The translations under genes and the position numbers were made by a program. A model generated the notes under the pieces. It saw only the letters and a program-made list of their open reading frames with translations. It was not told the DNA's origin and did no database searches. Shown in pieces: positions 10,140 to 19,191 of a DNA stretch of 64,000 nucleotides. Each line of letters opens with the position of its first letter. Position 1 is the first letter of the stretch. This DNA is from Terriglobia bacterium. Its GTDB lineage: Bacteria; Acidobacteriota; Terriglobia; 20CM-2-55-15. The DNA is taken from contig CAXWPJ010000002.1 of NCBI GenBank assembly GCA_963664115.2, positions 544,001 to 608,000 on the forward strand, in the 5' to 3' direction.

Positions 10140-10571
10140 TCAAAAACTCTGGATGGCCAGGTCTTCGGATTCATGGATGTCGAACACGCTGTTCAGGCGA
10201 GAAAACTCGAGTAATTCTCGGACCTGACTGTTCAGGTTGGCCAGCTTCAAACGTCCCCAGGGCGTGCGGCCGGTCGCCTCACAACGCGGGCACGGCTCCC
10301 ACTCAACCTGGTCATTTTGAAAGACCGAAGCACCGCACTCATCGCAGGTGTTCTGGGTAACGGTCCCATGTCCCAGGACCAACTCACCCAGGCCGCTGCT
10401 GTCGATATAGCTAACATTTTGAAGGTTGAGCAGGATGTCCTTGCTGCCCTGTGCCACCTGGTCCCGGATCGCCTGGCGAAATATATCCGATCCATCTCCG
10501 GCCGTGATCCGCCCCGAAACATCGATGACGACCACGTTCCCGACCAAGCGCGTTTCAAGTTTCAGGCTCAT
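10140..10571 (-). CDS. STAS-domain anti-sigma-factor antagonist with inserted CxxC..CxxC zinc ribbon
   Basis: VVIDVSGRIT, LNLQNVSYIDSSGLGELV, LKLANL; GGAGGT RBS before ATG 10571; insert CDEC-x14-CPRC. Confidence 0.85.
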   Translation of the reverse strand: MSLKLETRLVGNVVVIDVSGRITAGDGSDIFRQAIRDQVAQGSKDILLNLQNVSYIDSSGLGELVLGHGTVTQNTCDECGASVFQNDQVEWEPCPRCEATGRTPWGRLKLANLNSQVRELLEFSRLNSVFDIHESEDLAIQSF

Positions 10572-10958
10572 GGAAACAACCTCCGTCCATCGCATATATC
10601 GAGAACTACTCTTTAACCACAGACCCGATGCAGCAAGATTGAATCACTTATCCGGCAGAGTTGCAAGCGGGTGCGTGGAACGTTGGGCCCGCTGCTAATA
10701 GTGCACAGCCCGTGGCGACTCACCTCGGGCTGTACTGAGTGAACCGGGTCTGCGGTGCATCCCTTTAGGTGATTAGTTTTCAATGACGCGAACCGTGTCC
10801 AGACCAGCCACATTCAGGGTGAAGCTGAGAGGCACCCGGGACACCAGGAACGGGTTTTTATTCCTCCGCCGATCAAGTCGGAGAGGTGATCCTGTATTGT
10901 ATTGCGCAGCAGCTGGAAGGGGCAGAATCGTGAACTTGGCCACAAACATGGAGTATTG

Positions 10959-11753
10959 ATGCGCATAGCCTCCTGGAACGTTAACGGCATTCGTGCTGCA
11001 GTCAAGAAAGGCTTTGCTGCTTCGTTTGAGAGCCTGAACGTTGACGTGATTTGCATTCAAGAAACCAAAGCCCAGGACGATCAGGTTCTGGAGGCCCTCG
11101 CCGATATTGACGGCTACCGAATTTATACGAATTCCGCCGAGCGGAAAGGCTATTCAGGCACCGCAATACTGTGCAGACGCGAGCCACTGTCCATCCGCAG
11201 AGATATCGGTGTTGCCTCACACGATCAGGAAGGACGCGTCCTCGCCATCGAACTGGATTCCTGTTTCCTGGTGACGGTTTATACGCCGAACTCCGGCAAT
11301 GAACTCAAACGCCTGGGATATCGACAACAATGGGACGCGGATTTTCTCAAGTGGGTAAAAAGGCTGGAGCGAGAAAAACCAGTCGTGCTCGGTGGCGACT
11401 TCAACGTGGCGCATACCGACATCGATCTTGCCCGCCCCAAACCCAACTACAACAAGAGCGCGGGATATACTCAGGCTGAAATCGACGGGCTGGATAATCT
11501 GGTCGCGTCCGGATTCGTGGATACCTTCAGATACCAGTATCCCGACGCAATCAAATACAGCTGGTGGAGCTACCGCGGGGGTGCTCGTCAAAACAACGTG
11601 GGATGGAGAATCGATTATTTTCTTGTATCGGAGTCGCTGACCCCACACATCAGGAACGCCGACATTCTCAATGGGATCATGGGTTCGGATCACTGCCCCG
11701 TATTGCTGGAGCTGAGCATCGGAAAATCGCTGAAGGGCGCCCGGTCGCGATGA
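10959..11753 (+). CDS. xth: Exodeoxyribonuclease III (AP endonuclease)
   Basis: SWNVNGIRA, QETKA, GDFNVAH, GWRIDYF, GSDHCP. Confidence 0.95.
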   Translation: MRIASWNVNGIRAAVKKGFAASFESLNVDVICIQETKAQDDQVLEALADIDGYRIYTNSAERKGYSGTAILCRREPLSIRRDIGVASHDQEGRVLAIELDSCFLVTVYTPNSGNELKRLGYRQQWDADFLKWVKRLEREKPVVLGGDFNVAHTDIDLARPKPNYNKSAGYTQAEIDGLDNLVASGFVDTFRYQYPDAIKYSWWSYRGGARQNNVGWRIDYFLVSESLTPHIRNADILNGIMGSDHCPVLLELSIGKSLKGARSR

Positions 11754-11796
11754 TTGGTTATAGTGGAAGTATCTTATCCAACGAGGATCAACCAAG

Positions 11797-13008
11797 GTGA
11801 TGCGTCAAGCAATTAAGGTGTTTTGTTATTTCGGAGTTCTACTTGTGGCGGGGTCTCCCCTGTTCTCGCTTGCCACCCCCCAGAGAGGTGGAAACAGGAT
11901 TCCTATCGCAGCAGGCGAGGGATGCCCCCCGGGCACGACCGAAGTTCGCCCACTGCAATGCCAGGCACCGGAAATGCCCGCACCCAGCATCGTGGATTAC
12001 CGGCCCCAATCGACACTCGTGGCCGAGGAGCATCTGGTTCCGCGGGCGAAATATCCGGTTGTCGATATCCATGGTCACGCGAATTCGCTGGCTGAACCCG
12101 GCGTCATCGAGGCCATGGTCCGGGAACTGGACGCGCTCAACATCCAGGTGTACGTGGCTGCCGACAACCTGAGCGGTGACAGGCTTGAACGTACTCTGGA
12201 TGCGATCGGGGCCAGTCCACACCGTGACCGCTTTCGCGTCCTGGCCGGGATCAACTTCGGTGACATGGAACCCGAATGGGGGCAAAGAGCCGCAGGCGAG
12301 ATCGAAGCGGCCATCCGGGCGGGCGCGATCGGCGTCGGGGAGGTCTCCAAGAGTTTTGGCCTGACGCTCACAAAACCCGACGGTTCCCGTCTCCGCATCG
12401 ACGATCCGGATCTCGACCCGATCTGGGAAACCCTGGCGCGGCTTGGGGTCCCGGCCTTCGTTCACACCGCCGAACCGCCCGAGTTTTTCGAAGCGCCCGA
12501 TTACGAAAACGAACGGTGGCTGGAGTTGGCTTTGTTTCCGAATCGCCGGAACTACGGGCCGGACCACGTCGGCTTCGACGCACTCATGACCGAACGAGAC
12601 AACCTGTTCCGGAATCACCCGGACACGCAGTTCATCGCTGCCCATTTCGGCTGGCACGCCAACGACCTGGGTCGCGCAGCTCGATTGCTGGACGAGTTTC
12701 CAAATGTGAATTTTGAAGTCGGCGCGATTCTTTATGAGCTGGGACGCCAGCCCAAGGCCGTAAATGACTTCTTCACGCGCTACCAGGACCGAATTCTTTT
12801 TGGGAAGGATAGCTTCCAGCCGAGCGAGTTTCCTTACTACTGGCGCGTCTTCGAGACCACGGACGAATACTTCGATTATTACCGTGACTATCACGCCTTC
12901 TGGAAACTGTACGGCGCGGGTCTGCCCGATGAAGTATTGAAGAAGCTTTATTACCAGAACGCAGTGGGACTCCTGCCCGGATTGCCCCAGACCGGATGGC
13001 CCGAGTGA
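11797..13008 (+). CDS. Secreted amidohydrolase family protein
   Basis: VDIHGH metal motif, AAHFG, QDRILFGKD, VLKKLYYQNA; signal peptide. Confidence 0.85.
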   Translation: MMRQAIKVFCYFGVLLVAGSPLFSLATPQRGGNRIPIAAGEGCPPGTTEVRPLQCQAPEMPAPSIVDYRPQSTLVAEEHLVPRAKYPVVDIHGHANSLAEPGVIEAMVRELDALNIQVYVAADNLSGDRLERTLDAIGASPHRDRFRVLAGINFGDMEPEWGQRAAGEIEAAIRAGAIGVGEVSKSFGLTLTKPDGSRLRIDDPDLDPIWETLARLGVPAFVHTAEPPEFFEAPDYENERWLELALFPNRRNYGPDHVGFDALMTERDNLFRNHPDTQFIAAHFGWHANDLGRAARLLDEFPNVNFEVGAILYELGRQPKAVNDFFTRYQDRILFGKDSFQPSEFPYYWRVFETTDEYFDYYRDYHAFWKLYGAGLPDEVLKKLYYQNAVGLLPGLPQTGWPE

Positions 13009-13146
13009 ACCCAGGAATCACCGCTGTTGGTTTAGTGACAGCAGTGAATGACAACGTGATAACGATCACGCCGCTTTCCGGGGTCCGGATCTGGCTGAAG
13101 TCCGGGTCCATTCGTTTTCAATCTCACGCATTAAGGAGTCGCTCAC

Positions 13147-13545
13147 ATGAGTGCTGACGAACCCCAGATCACACGGACCGAGATCCTCGAAGCCACCGAG
13201 AACATGCTGCAGTTGCAGCTCTACGTCATTCATACGACGCCGACCCAGGGAATGGGACCGGTGATGGCCAAGCTCGAGGCGCATCTCAACTATCAGCAGG
13301 AAATGGAACGAACGGGTGTCTACGTGGGTGCCGGTCCGCACTGGGAGGACGACGAAGAAACCTGGAAGGGTGATGGCATGATCGTCTTACGTGCCAACAA
13401 CCTGGCCGGAGCACGTCTGGTTGCGGAGAACGATCCCATGCATTCGGGCGGCGCGCGCCGTTTCACCGTCCGTCCATGGCTGGTCAACGAAGGCACGGTC
13501 AGCGTGAAGCTGAATTTCTCTGCGAGTACTTACCAGGTCAGCTAA
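13147..13545 (+). CDS. YciI family protein
   Basis: HL.YQ, AGP, GMIVLRA, DPMH..GAR.F.VRPW. Confidence 0.8.
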   Translation: MSADEPQITRTEILEATENMLQLQLYVIHTTPTQGMGPVMAKLEAHLNYQQEMERTGVYVGAGPHWEDDEETWKGDGMIVLRANNLAGARLVAENDPMHSGGARRFTVRPWLVNEGTVSVKLNFSASTYQVS

Positions 13546-13589
13546 GATTCCGACAGCGCTCGGAGCACTCCGGTCCCGAAGAAACGCCG

Positions 13590-13612
13590 GGTTTCGGTGT
13601 TAACCCGAAACC
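13590..13612. terminator. Hairpin between convergent genes (possible terminator)
   Basis: GGTTTCGG-7nt-CCGAAACC. Confidence 0.4.
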
Positions 13613-13637
13613 AGGAGCATTGAAGGCTGGAGCCACG

Positions 13638-13721
13638 CTATCGTGTCGCCACCACGTCGCCCCACTCGGTCGGAATGTCGAGAGCTGGGTTCTGATCGAA
13701 GAAGTTGAACGGCATGATTTG
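13638..13721 (-). pseudogene. C-terminal remnant of a copper amine oxidase gene
   Basis: Reads QIMPFNFFDQNPALDIPTEWGDVVATR*, matching the conserved PxxFFDxNPALD tail of Cu amine oxidases; in-frame stop directly upstream. Confidence 0.6.
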
Positions 13722-13747
13722 TCAGGACTTGATCCCGGAAAAGTACG

Positions 13748-15640
13748 TCACGGTTCAATACTGCTTTCGGGAAGAGTTGCTGCGATTGCCATCGTGGCCC
13801 ATGCCGTCCCTGCCGATGAAATCCATTGGTGACGTCCAAACGGAAAACCGCTCTCGAAATAAGATTGAGTCGGAAACGAACGGCTCTCAACGAGCCAGGA
13901 TCCATCCTGATATTGGCTTTCTCGAAGGAATTGAACCCCACGGCGGTGCGTATCGCCGGTCACGGAGACAGCGGCCTCACGCAGAGCGAACAAAGAGAGT
14001 CCCGTTGCATATGCATCAGTTTCCAAGTCGGCGAGTTGCGACCAACCTCCATTGACTTCCTGCAGGGCAATAATGTCGTCGATCGCAAGGTCTATATCGT
14101 TTTGAGGGGCACCGCTCCAAACCAGCCCCAGCAGTCGCATAGCCCTTTCTTCAGCGGAATGGGCTGCGGCATCCATCAGCCAGCGCTTTGCCTGTTCGAG
14201 GCTTTCGGTGACTTCATTGTTCCGTCCTGCAATCGGATATAAAGAGAGGACACGGACTCCCATGGCCGTGTGGCTGATCGAGCTGTATTCCATTGGAGGT
14301 CGATTGATACCATTGCCAATCCAGCTGCCGTCAGGCATCTGCGTCGCTAAAGCATAGTGAGTGAACGAAGCTGTCATGTTATCCATCGGATACGCTTCCT
14401 CCGCAAGCGCCATCGCCACATAACCGACCGTCAAGGCGATCTGGCCAATGCGCTGTTGGCCCTGCATCATTTCGTCCGCTCCTAGTTTGTAGACCGCGAG
14501 AATGTCGTCTAGATTTTGGCGTACCAGCTCATCGTTCACGTCAATGCCCTTTCGACGGGCGACGGCAGCGGCCATGGCCGGCAGCGTGTTGTTGTGACAC
14601 GTAATGCATGCCCGACTCTCGAAAGCAGGCGGACTAGCTTCGAGCAATAATGAAACGCTCCGGCTTACCGATGTACGGGAATCTGAGACACTTCCGGCTT
14701 GCGGAGAGGGAAAAGTCTGTTGTCGCGGCCCACTGCCTCGAGTCGCACCGTATCTCTGCAGCACATCGATTCTGGCTTGGTCCGACCGATAAAATGCCCA
14801 GTCCAGTGGTCGTTCTCCTTCTGTGGTCTCGGCGTTCGGATCCGCTCCGTTCTCTAGCAACACTTCCAGGATTGCTGCTGTACCGGATTCGGAGGAGGCC
14901 CCTGAATGTAGTGGCGTCCGACCATAGGAACCCAGGCTCACATTGACGTCCGCGCCCATTTCAATCCATCGAGTGATCAGTGACGCATCTTGCCAGCGAG
15001 CGGCACCGTCCAAGATTGCCAGATCAGCAGTCTCCCGTAAGGACATTAGATACTCGATCGTCGGCAGGTGAAGCCGCCCATGCGCGATTGGTTCGTTCGG
15101 GTCCAAGCCTCTGTCGACCAGAAAACGGACAACTCCTACGTCAGCCTGCCTGATTGCGAGCCGCAACGCATTGGCACCGGACGCGTCCTCAGCATGGACA
15201 TCCGCGCCGTATGCGATGAGAAGTCCGAGCACGTCTACCGACTGAGGAAAGGTCGCGGCGACAAGTAACGGCGTTCGCCCGAGTGTTACCGACCTCGCGT
15301 TGACTTCCGCACCGTGTTCCAACAGGAGTCGGGCCTTGGCCGAATCAGGCATCGCCCAAATCAACGGCGGTGTTCCGGCAGCGTTACTTCGGTTCGGATT
15401 CGCCCCACCTTCCAGCAACACCTCAACGCATTCGACGTCCGCAAAAAGCGTCGCGAGCATCAGCGCGGGAACACCCTCTTCGTCGGTGATATTGGGATTT
15501 ACGCCGCGCTCGATTAGCTCGGCAACGGTCTCAGTGTCACCGCGCCGGATAGCTGGCAACAATGCGTCCTGCCCGCTATTGCTCTGGGCCGACACAGATA
15601 GCGCGAATAACGCGATCGGTGCGAGTCGAAAGAACTTCAT
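13748..15640 (-). CDS. Secreted ankyrin-repeat protein with CxxCH motif and prenyltransferase/squalene-cyclase-like C-terminal repeats
   Basis: Signal peptide; ankyrin motifs (GRTPLLVAA, GRTPLHSGA, GERPLDWA); CITCH; Q.PDGSW, Q..NGGW, Q.QDGSW repeats. Confidence 0.85.
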   Translation of the reverse strand: MKFFRLAPIALFALSVSAQSNSGQDALLPAIRRGDTETVAELIERGVNPNITDEEGVPALMLATLFADVECVEVLLEGGANPNRSNAAGTPPLIWAMPDSAKARLLLEHGAEVNARSVTLGRTPLLVAATFPQSVDVLGLLIAYGADVHAEDASGANALRLAIRQADVGVVRFLVDRGLDPNEPIAHGRLHLPTIEYLMSLRETADLAILDGAARWQDASLITRWIEMGADVNVSLGSYGRTPLHSGASSESGTAAILEVLLENGADPNAETTEGERPLDWAFYRSDQARIDVLQRYGATRGSGPRQQTFPSPQAGSVSDSRTSVSRSVSLLLEASPPAFESRACITCHNNTLPAMAAAVARRKGIDVNDELVRQNLDDILAVYKLGADEMMQGQQRIGQIALTVGYVAMALAEEAYPMDNMTASFTHYALATQMPDGSWIGNGINRPPMEYSSISHTAMGVRVLSLYPIAGRNNEVTESLEQAKRWLMDAAAHSAEERAMRLLGLVWSGAPQNDIDLAIDDIIALQEVNGGWSQLADLETDAYATGLSLFALREAAVSVTGDTHRRGVQFLRESQYQDGSWLVESRSFPTQSYFESGFPFGRHQWISSAGTAWATMAIAATLPESSIEP

Positions 15641-15753
15641 CGTTCCACCATATTTTCCGATCTCCAGCCAAGTTTCGACAATACTTCTCCCATCGCACCC
15701 TTACCGATTGGTGTGCCGATCTCGTAGTGGTCGAGTTTGGCGCCGGGTTCCAT
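15637..15753 (-). pseudogene. N-terminal remnant or short ORF derived from a Hanks-type Ser/Thr kinase
   Basis: MEPGAKLDHYEIGTPIGKGAMGEV... (38 aa) contains kinase subdomain I GxGxMGxV; its TGA overlaps the ankyrin gene ATG. Confidence 0.65.
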
Positions 15754-15938
15754 AGTTGCGGTCTGTCAGAACAGTGTTTAGAAGGCTGGGGGCAGTCTAT
15801 AGAAGGAGTGGGATACGGGGCAACGAATTCTCGACTTCCAGCAAGATGAATTGTCAGGACTTGCGAATGGATTGCAGGGCTATATAGATTAGAACTTTGT
15901 CTATGGCGCCGGCACTCGTTCCTTGAGTGTTTACAGTT

Positions 15939-16253
15939 TCAAACTTCGATCTCGATATCCTGCTCCGCAACACGGACGTTGTAGCAACGAACCGGCGTGA
16001 ATGCCACACGCGACAGGGCTTCACCGGTTGTGATATCAAACTTAGCGCCGTGCCATGAGCAAGTGACCGCCTTCCCTGCAACACGACCGCCCGACAGCGG
16101 GGCGCCCTGATGCGTGCACGAGTCGCCGATCGCATAGTAAGCTCCATCCACATTGAAAACGGCAACCTGCTTGCCACTCACATAAACCGTTTTCCCTTGC
16201 CCGTCGGGAATGTCCTCTTTCTTCGCCGCTTTTACAAACTTTCCCATCCGCAA
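15939..16253 (-). CDS. Rieske [2Fe-2S] ferredoxin
   Basis: CTH...CSWHG Rieske ligands; AAGGAG upstream. Confidence 0.9.
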   Translation of the reverse strand: MRMGKFVKAAKKEDIPDGQGKTVYVSGKQVAVFNVDGAYYAIGDSCTHQGAPLSGGRVAGKAVTCSWHGAKFDITTGEALSRVAFTPVRCYNVRVAEQDIEIEV

Positions 16254-16504
16254 TCTCCTTCACCCTCGACTGAAAACATCATACTTAAACTTTCAAAGAA
16301 TTGTTTGACCTCCAGGCGACATCAAAGGTCTTCGTACACCTCGTTTTTTTCCGAAAAACCAGACGTTGCCAGACTCATTTGCTACGTTAGCCGCGGGCTC
16401 TCATCTTGTTTGCACAAAACAGGAAACGGGCTAAGAGAATTGGCTTTCGAGGAACGCTCGTCCCTTGTCTGTAAGCTGAAACACCCCGGCGTCATCGTCC
16501 ACAA

Positions 16505-16690
16505 TGGTAGTTCACGACGATGCCCCATTCGGCAGGCAGTTCCTCGACATCTGGGAGACTGACACTAAATCTATAGTAGAGTCATGCTGCATGACCGATG
16601 ATCTCGCCCCGACAGCGGCGCCAGTGATAGCTGGATCGGGTGAACATCATGCCGCACATCTGGCGGTCATGGTCCCAAGTTGACAGTTCC
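16505..16690 (-). mobile_element. Degraded IS6-family left end with transposase N-terminal remnant
   Basis: Terminal GGAACTGTCAACTT (16690-16677); MMFTRSSYHWRRCRGEIIGHAA*LYYRFSVSLPDVEELPAEWGIVVNY resembles IS6 transposase N-termini, with an internal stop. Confidence 0.7.
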
Positions 16691-16771
16691 GTTGAGAATG
16701 CTTTTAATTCGCCTATCCCTGGGTGGAAGCTGGCATTGCCGGTTGGAGATATCCTGTATGGAGGTCTTAAA

Positions 16772-17203
16772 GTGAGGAAACGAACTTGGACCGTTCTCTC
16801 TATGATTGCGGCTCTGGGTATAATTTCGATCCCTGTTCTCGGTCATCACGGAACCAACGTCTCTTACGACCACGAAAATCCTCTTACCTTCGAGGGCGTC
16901 GTAACGGAGTTCCGGTTCACGAATCCCCACGCGCAACTCTTATTCGACGTGACGGACGAACGGGGCGACTTGGTTCATTGGGCCACCGAGCTGACGAATC
17001 CTTCCAACCTGGCCAGAAACGGCTGGGGCCGGAGACGATCGATGGAGGCCTTGAAACCGGGGACTCCGATCACCGTTATTCTGTTCCCATCTAAGGCCGG
17101 TACGACCGTCGGAGTGGCCTCTAGGATTCTGAACGAGAATGGTGAGCAGGTCTTGATCGAGAGAAGACAGCAGCTCCCGGAAAGACTCCCGGAGAACCAA
17201 TAG
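16772..17203 (+). CDS. DUF6152-like secreted protein
   Basis: Signal peptide then HHG....YD, G.VTEFRF.NPH, W..E...P..L.R.GW; GGAGGT RBS before GTG 16772. Confidence 0.75.
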   Translation: MRKRTWTVLSMIAALGIISIPVLGHHGTNVSYDHENPLTFEGVVTEFRFTNPHAQLLFDVTDERGDLVHWATELTNPSNLARNGWGRRRSMEALKPGTPITVILFPSKAGTTVGVASRILNENGEQVLIERRQQLPERLPENQ

Positions 17204-17391
17204 CGGACAGCGTTCGATCCCCTGCAAGGCCGGAAGGACCGAGTCGTCGCCGGGCTCAGCGACACCGTGGTCAGGCCGGACCACCAACGAGAACGGTACT
17301 TTCCAGACTTGGGAGCAGCGCTTGTCTGCGATGATACTGCCGGGAGGGGCGAGTCTGTGCCACAGTTACCAAAAGTCTCAGGAGGGTTAAG

Positions 17392-18258
17392 ATGCGCAAT
17401 TCGCCCGTGATCTGGGCCATCGCTGTCGTGGCTATTCTGATGTGTTCGCCGGAAACGTTCGCCCGGCAATCTGACCCCCACGACCTGTCGGGAATCTGGA
17501 GTCGCAACGCGCAGTACTGGGGCGGGGGCGGGGTGTGCCCGGGGTGCGGCGACCGCGGCTTTGGAAACGAGGTGCCGCAAATGACTCCCGATGGAGAGGC
17601 TCGCTTCAACCTCAACAAGCCCTCGTACGGGCGTTATCTGGGAAGTGATGAAGCGATTATTTACGCCGAAGAAGAGCACATCGGCCGCCGCAGGGCCGTC
17701 CCCCCCGGTGTGGGCAACGATCCCGCGGGGTTCTGCAATCCCTACGGTTTGACCCGGGCGCTGCTATCTCCGAATCCTGTCGAGATGGTGCAGACTTCGG
17801 ACCGGATATTCCAGTTCTTTGCATGGACACGTCAGTGGCGTGAAATCTGGCTGGATGGAAGAGATCTTCCCTCCCAGCCCGACCTCCCGCGCTGGTACGG
17901 GTACTCGGTCGGCCGATGGGAAGGAGACACGCTGATCGTCGACACGGTCGGTTTCGACCCGAGAAGCTGGGTCGATCATTTCGGTTATCCCCACAGCGAT
18001 CAGATGAAGCTCCAGGAGCGCTACCGGCGCGTGGAGCCGGAGACCCTGGAGCTGACCATGACACTCACCGACCCGCTGACGTACGAGGCACCGTGGGAGA
18101 GCGAGCGGAAGATCTTCAGGTTGGCGCCAAGGGACGTCATGACATACGACGGGTGGTACGGAATTCTGGAAGAACCCTGCGCTCCGGTGGATGAAGTGGA
18201 TTCCTTCAACAGCACGATTCGGAATCCTGCAGCCGGTGTCGGGGGGGTGGCCCGGTAG
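17392..18258 (+). CDS. Secreted hypothetical protein (type commonly found beside DUF6152 genes)
   Basis: DLSGIW, DP...C.P.G, WYGYSVGRWEGDTL.VDT.GF, HSD...L.ERY, DP..Y..PW; AGGAGG RBS. Confidence 0.8.
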   Translation: MRNSPVIWAIAVVAILMCSPETFARQSDPHDLSGIWSRNAQYWGGGGVCPGCGDRGFGNEVPQMTPDGEARFNLNKPSYGRYLGSDEAIIYAEEEHIGRRRAVPPGVGNDPAGFCNPYGLTRALLSPNPVEMVQTSDRIFQFFAWTRQWREIWLDGRDLPSQPDLPRWYGYSVGRWEGDTLIVDTVGFDPRSWVDHFGYPHSDQMKLQERYRRVEPETLELTMTLTDPLTYEAPWESERKIFRLAPRDVMTYDGWYGILEEPCAPVDEVDSFNSTIRNPAAGVGGVAR

Positions 18259-18376
18259 CTGCGGCATCACCCATTCCTATGCTCGATGTAATTCGAACGA
18301 CCCTGTGGTTTTTCCACTTTACCTTGTAGGAACTTCGAATTTCAGACCTGGAATTTACGGCCCTAAAGCCGACCCG

Positions 18377-18805
18377 CTACACCTTCGCCTCGTCTCCTCG
18401 AAAGTGCCGCTTTGCCAGGAAGCACCCCAGGAATGCGGGTATGGCCATCATCTGGTGGTTGATCTCGGCGCCCCGACTCGGTGCGCCCAGTTCCTGCATG
18501 AATGGCGTGCCGACCCAGAACGGCCCATAGAATCCGATCATGAGTATGAGCACGACCCACCAGCTAACCGGGGTTCGGACACTTTGCGCTGCGAACAAGA
18601 TCAACAGGATGGCAACCATTGCGCCCAAATCGCCGCCCAGCTCCCTAAAGAAATGGTGATAGCTGTGCGTCTGGATTCCCGCGACGAGCAGGTGCCGTTC
18701 ACTACCAATGTGCCCAGCCGTTGCACTTAAGCTGCCCCAGCCGAGCAAAAAACCAAGGATCACCAGAGCGCGGGCAGTCCAAATATTCGTCAAGAAGCTT
18801 TTCAT
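18377..18805 (-). CDS. Hypothetical membrane protein (about 4 TM segments)
   Basis: Hydrophobic segments; GGGGG RBS-like sequence before ATG. Confidence 0.65.
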   Translation of the reverse strand: MKSFLTNIWTARALVILGFLLGWGSLSATAGHIGSERHLLVAGIQTHSYHHFFRELGGDLGAMVAILLILFAAQSVRTPVSWWVVLILMIGFYGPFWVGTPFMQELGAPSRGAEINHQMMAIPAFLGCFLAKRHFRGDEAKV

Positions 18806-19191
18806 CGTTTCCCCCTCTTGATTTTAGTCACATGCATTCTAGATCAATCCCGGGATTCAAGGGAGTCGTTCCTCGTCATACCTACCCTTTCCTCCGCTGG
18901 GGACCAGGCTATGGGGAAACGAACACGCCGGGGTCCCAAGTTGCTGATACTGCACGGTGTGCTCCTCGGGTACGCACTATGGGCGGAAACGGAAGAGGGC
19001 TCTTACCATGGGAGATGGGGGTAAATCGGAACGGGAAGGGACGCAGTTTCGGGGCTCATCGACGTGGGGTTGGTTACGTCCCACGCGAGTCTTAGAGTCA
19101 TAGCCTCCTGCCTGTGAAATCACCTAAAGCCCGACACTTTCCTGGTCGATACACAAAGGGAGTGAACCTTTCGAAAACAGCGGGGTGATCA

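Noticed and set aside
16590-16671. Long imperfect hairpin (CATGACCG...CGGTCATG) as an ncRNA or attC site
   Set aside because: It lies inside the decayed IS6 transposase start; no attC R/L boxes or integron integrase
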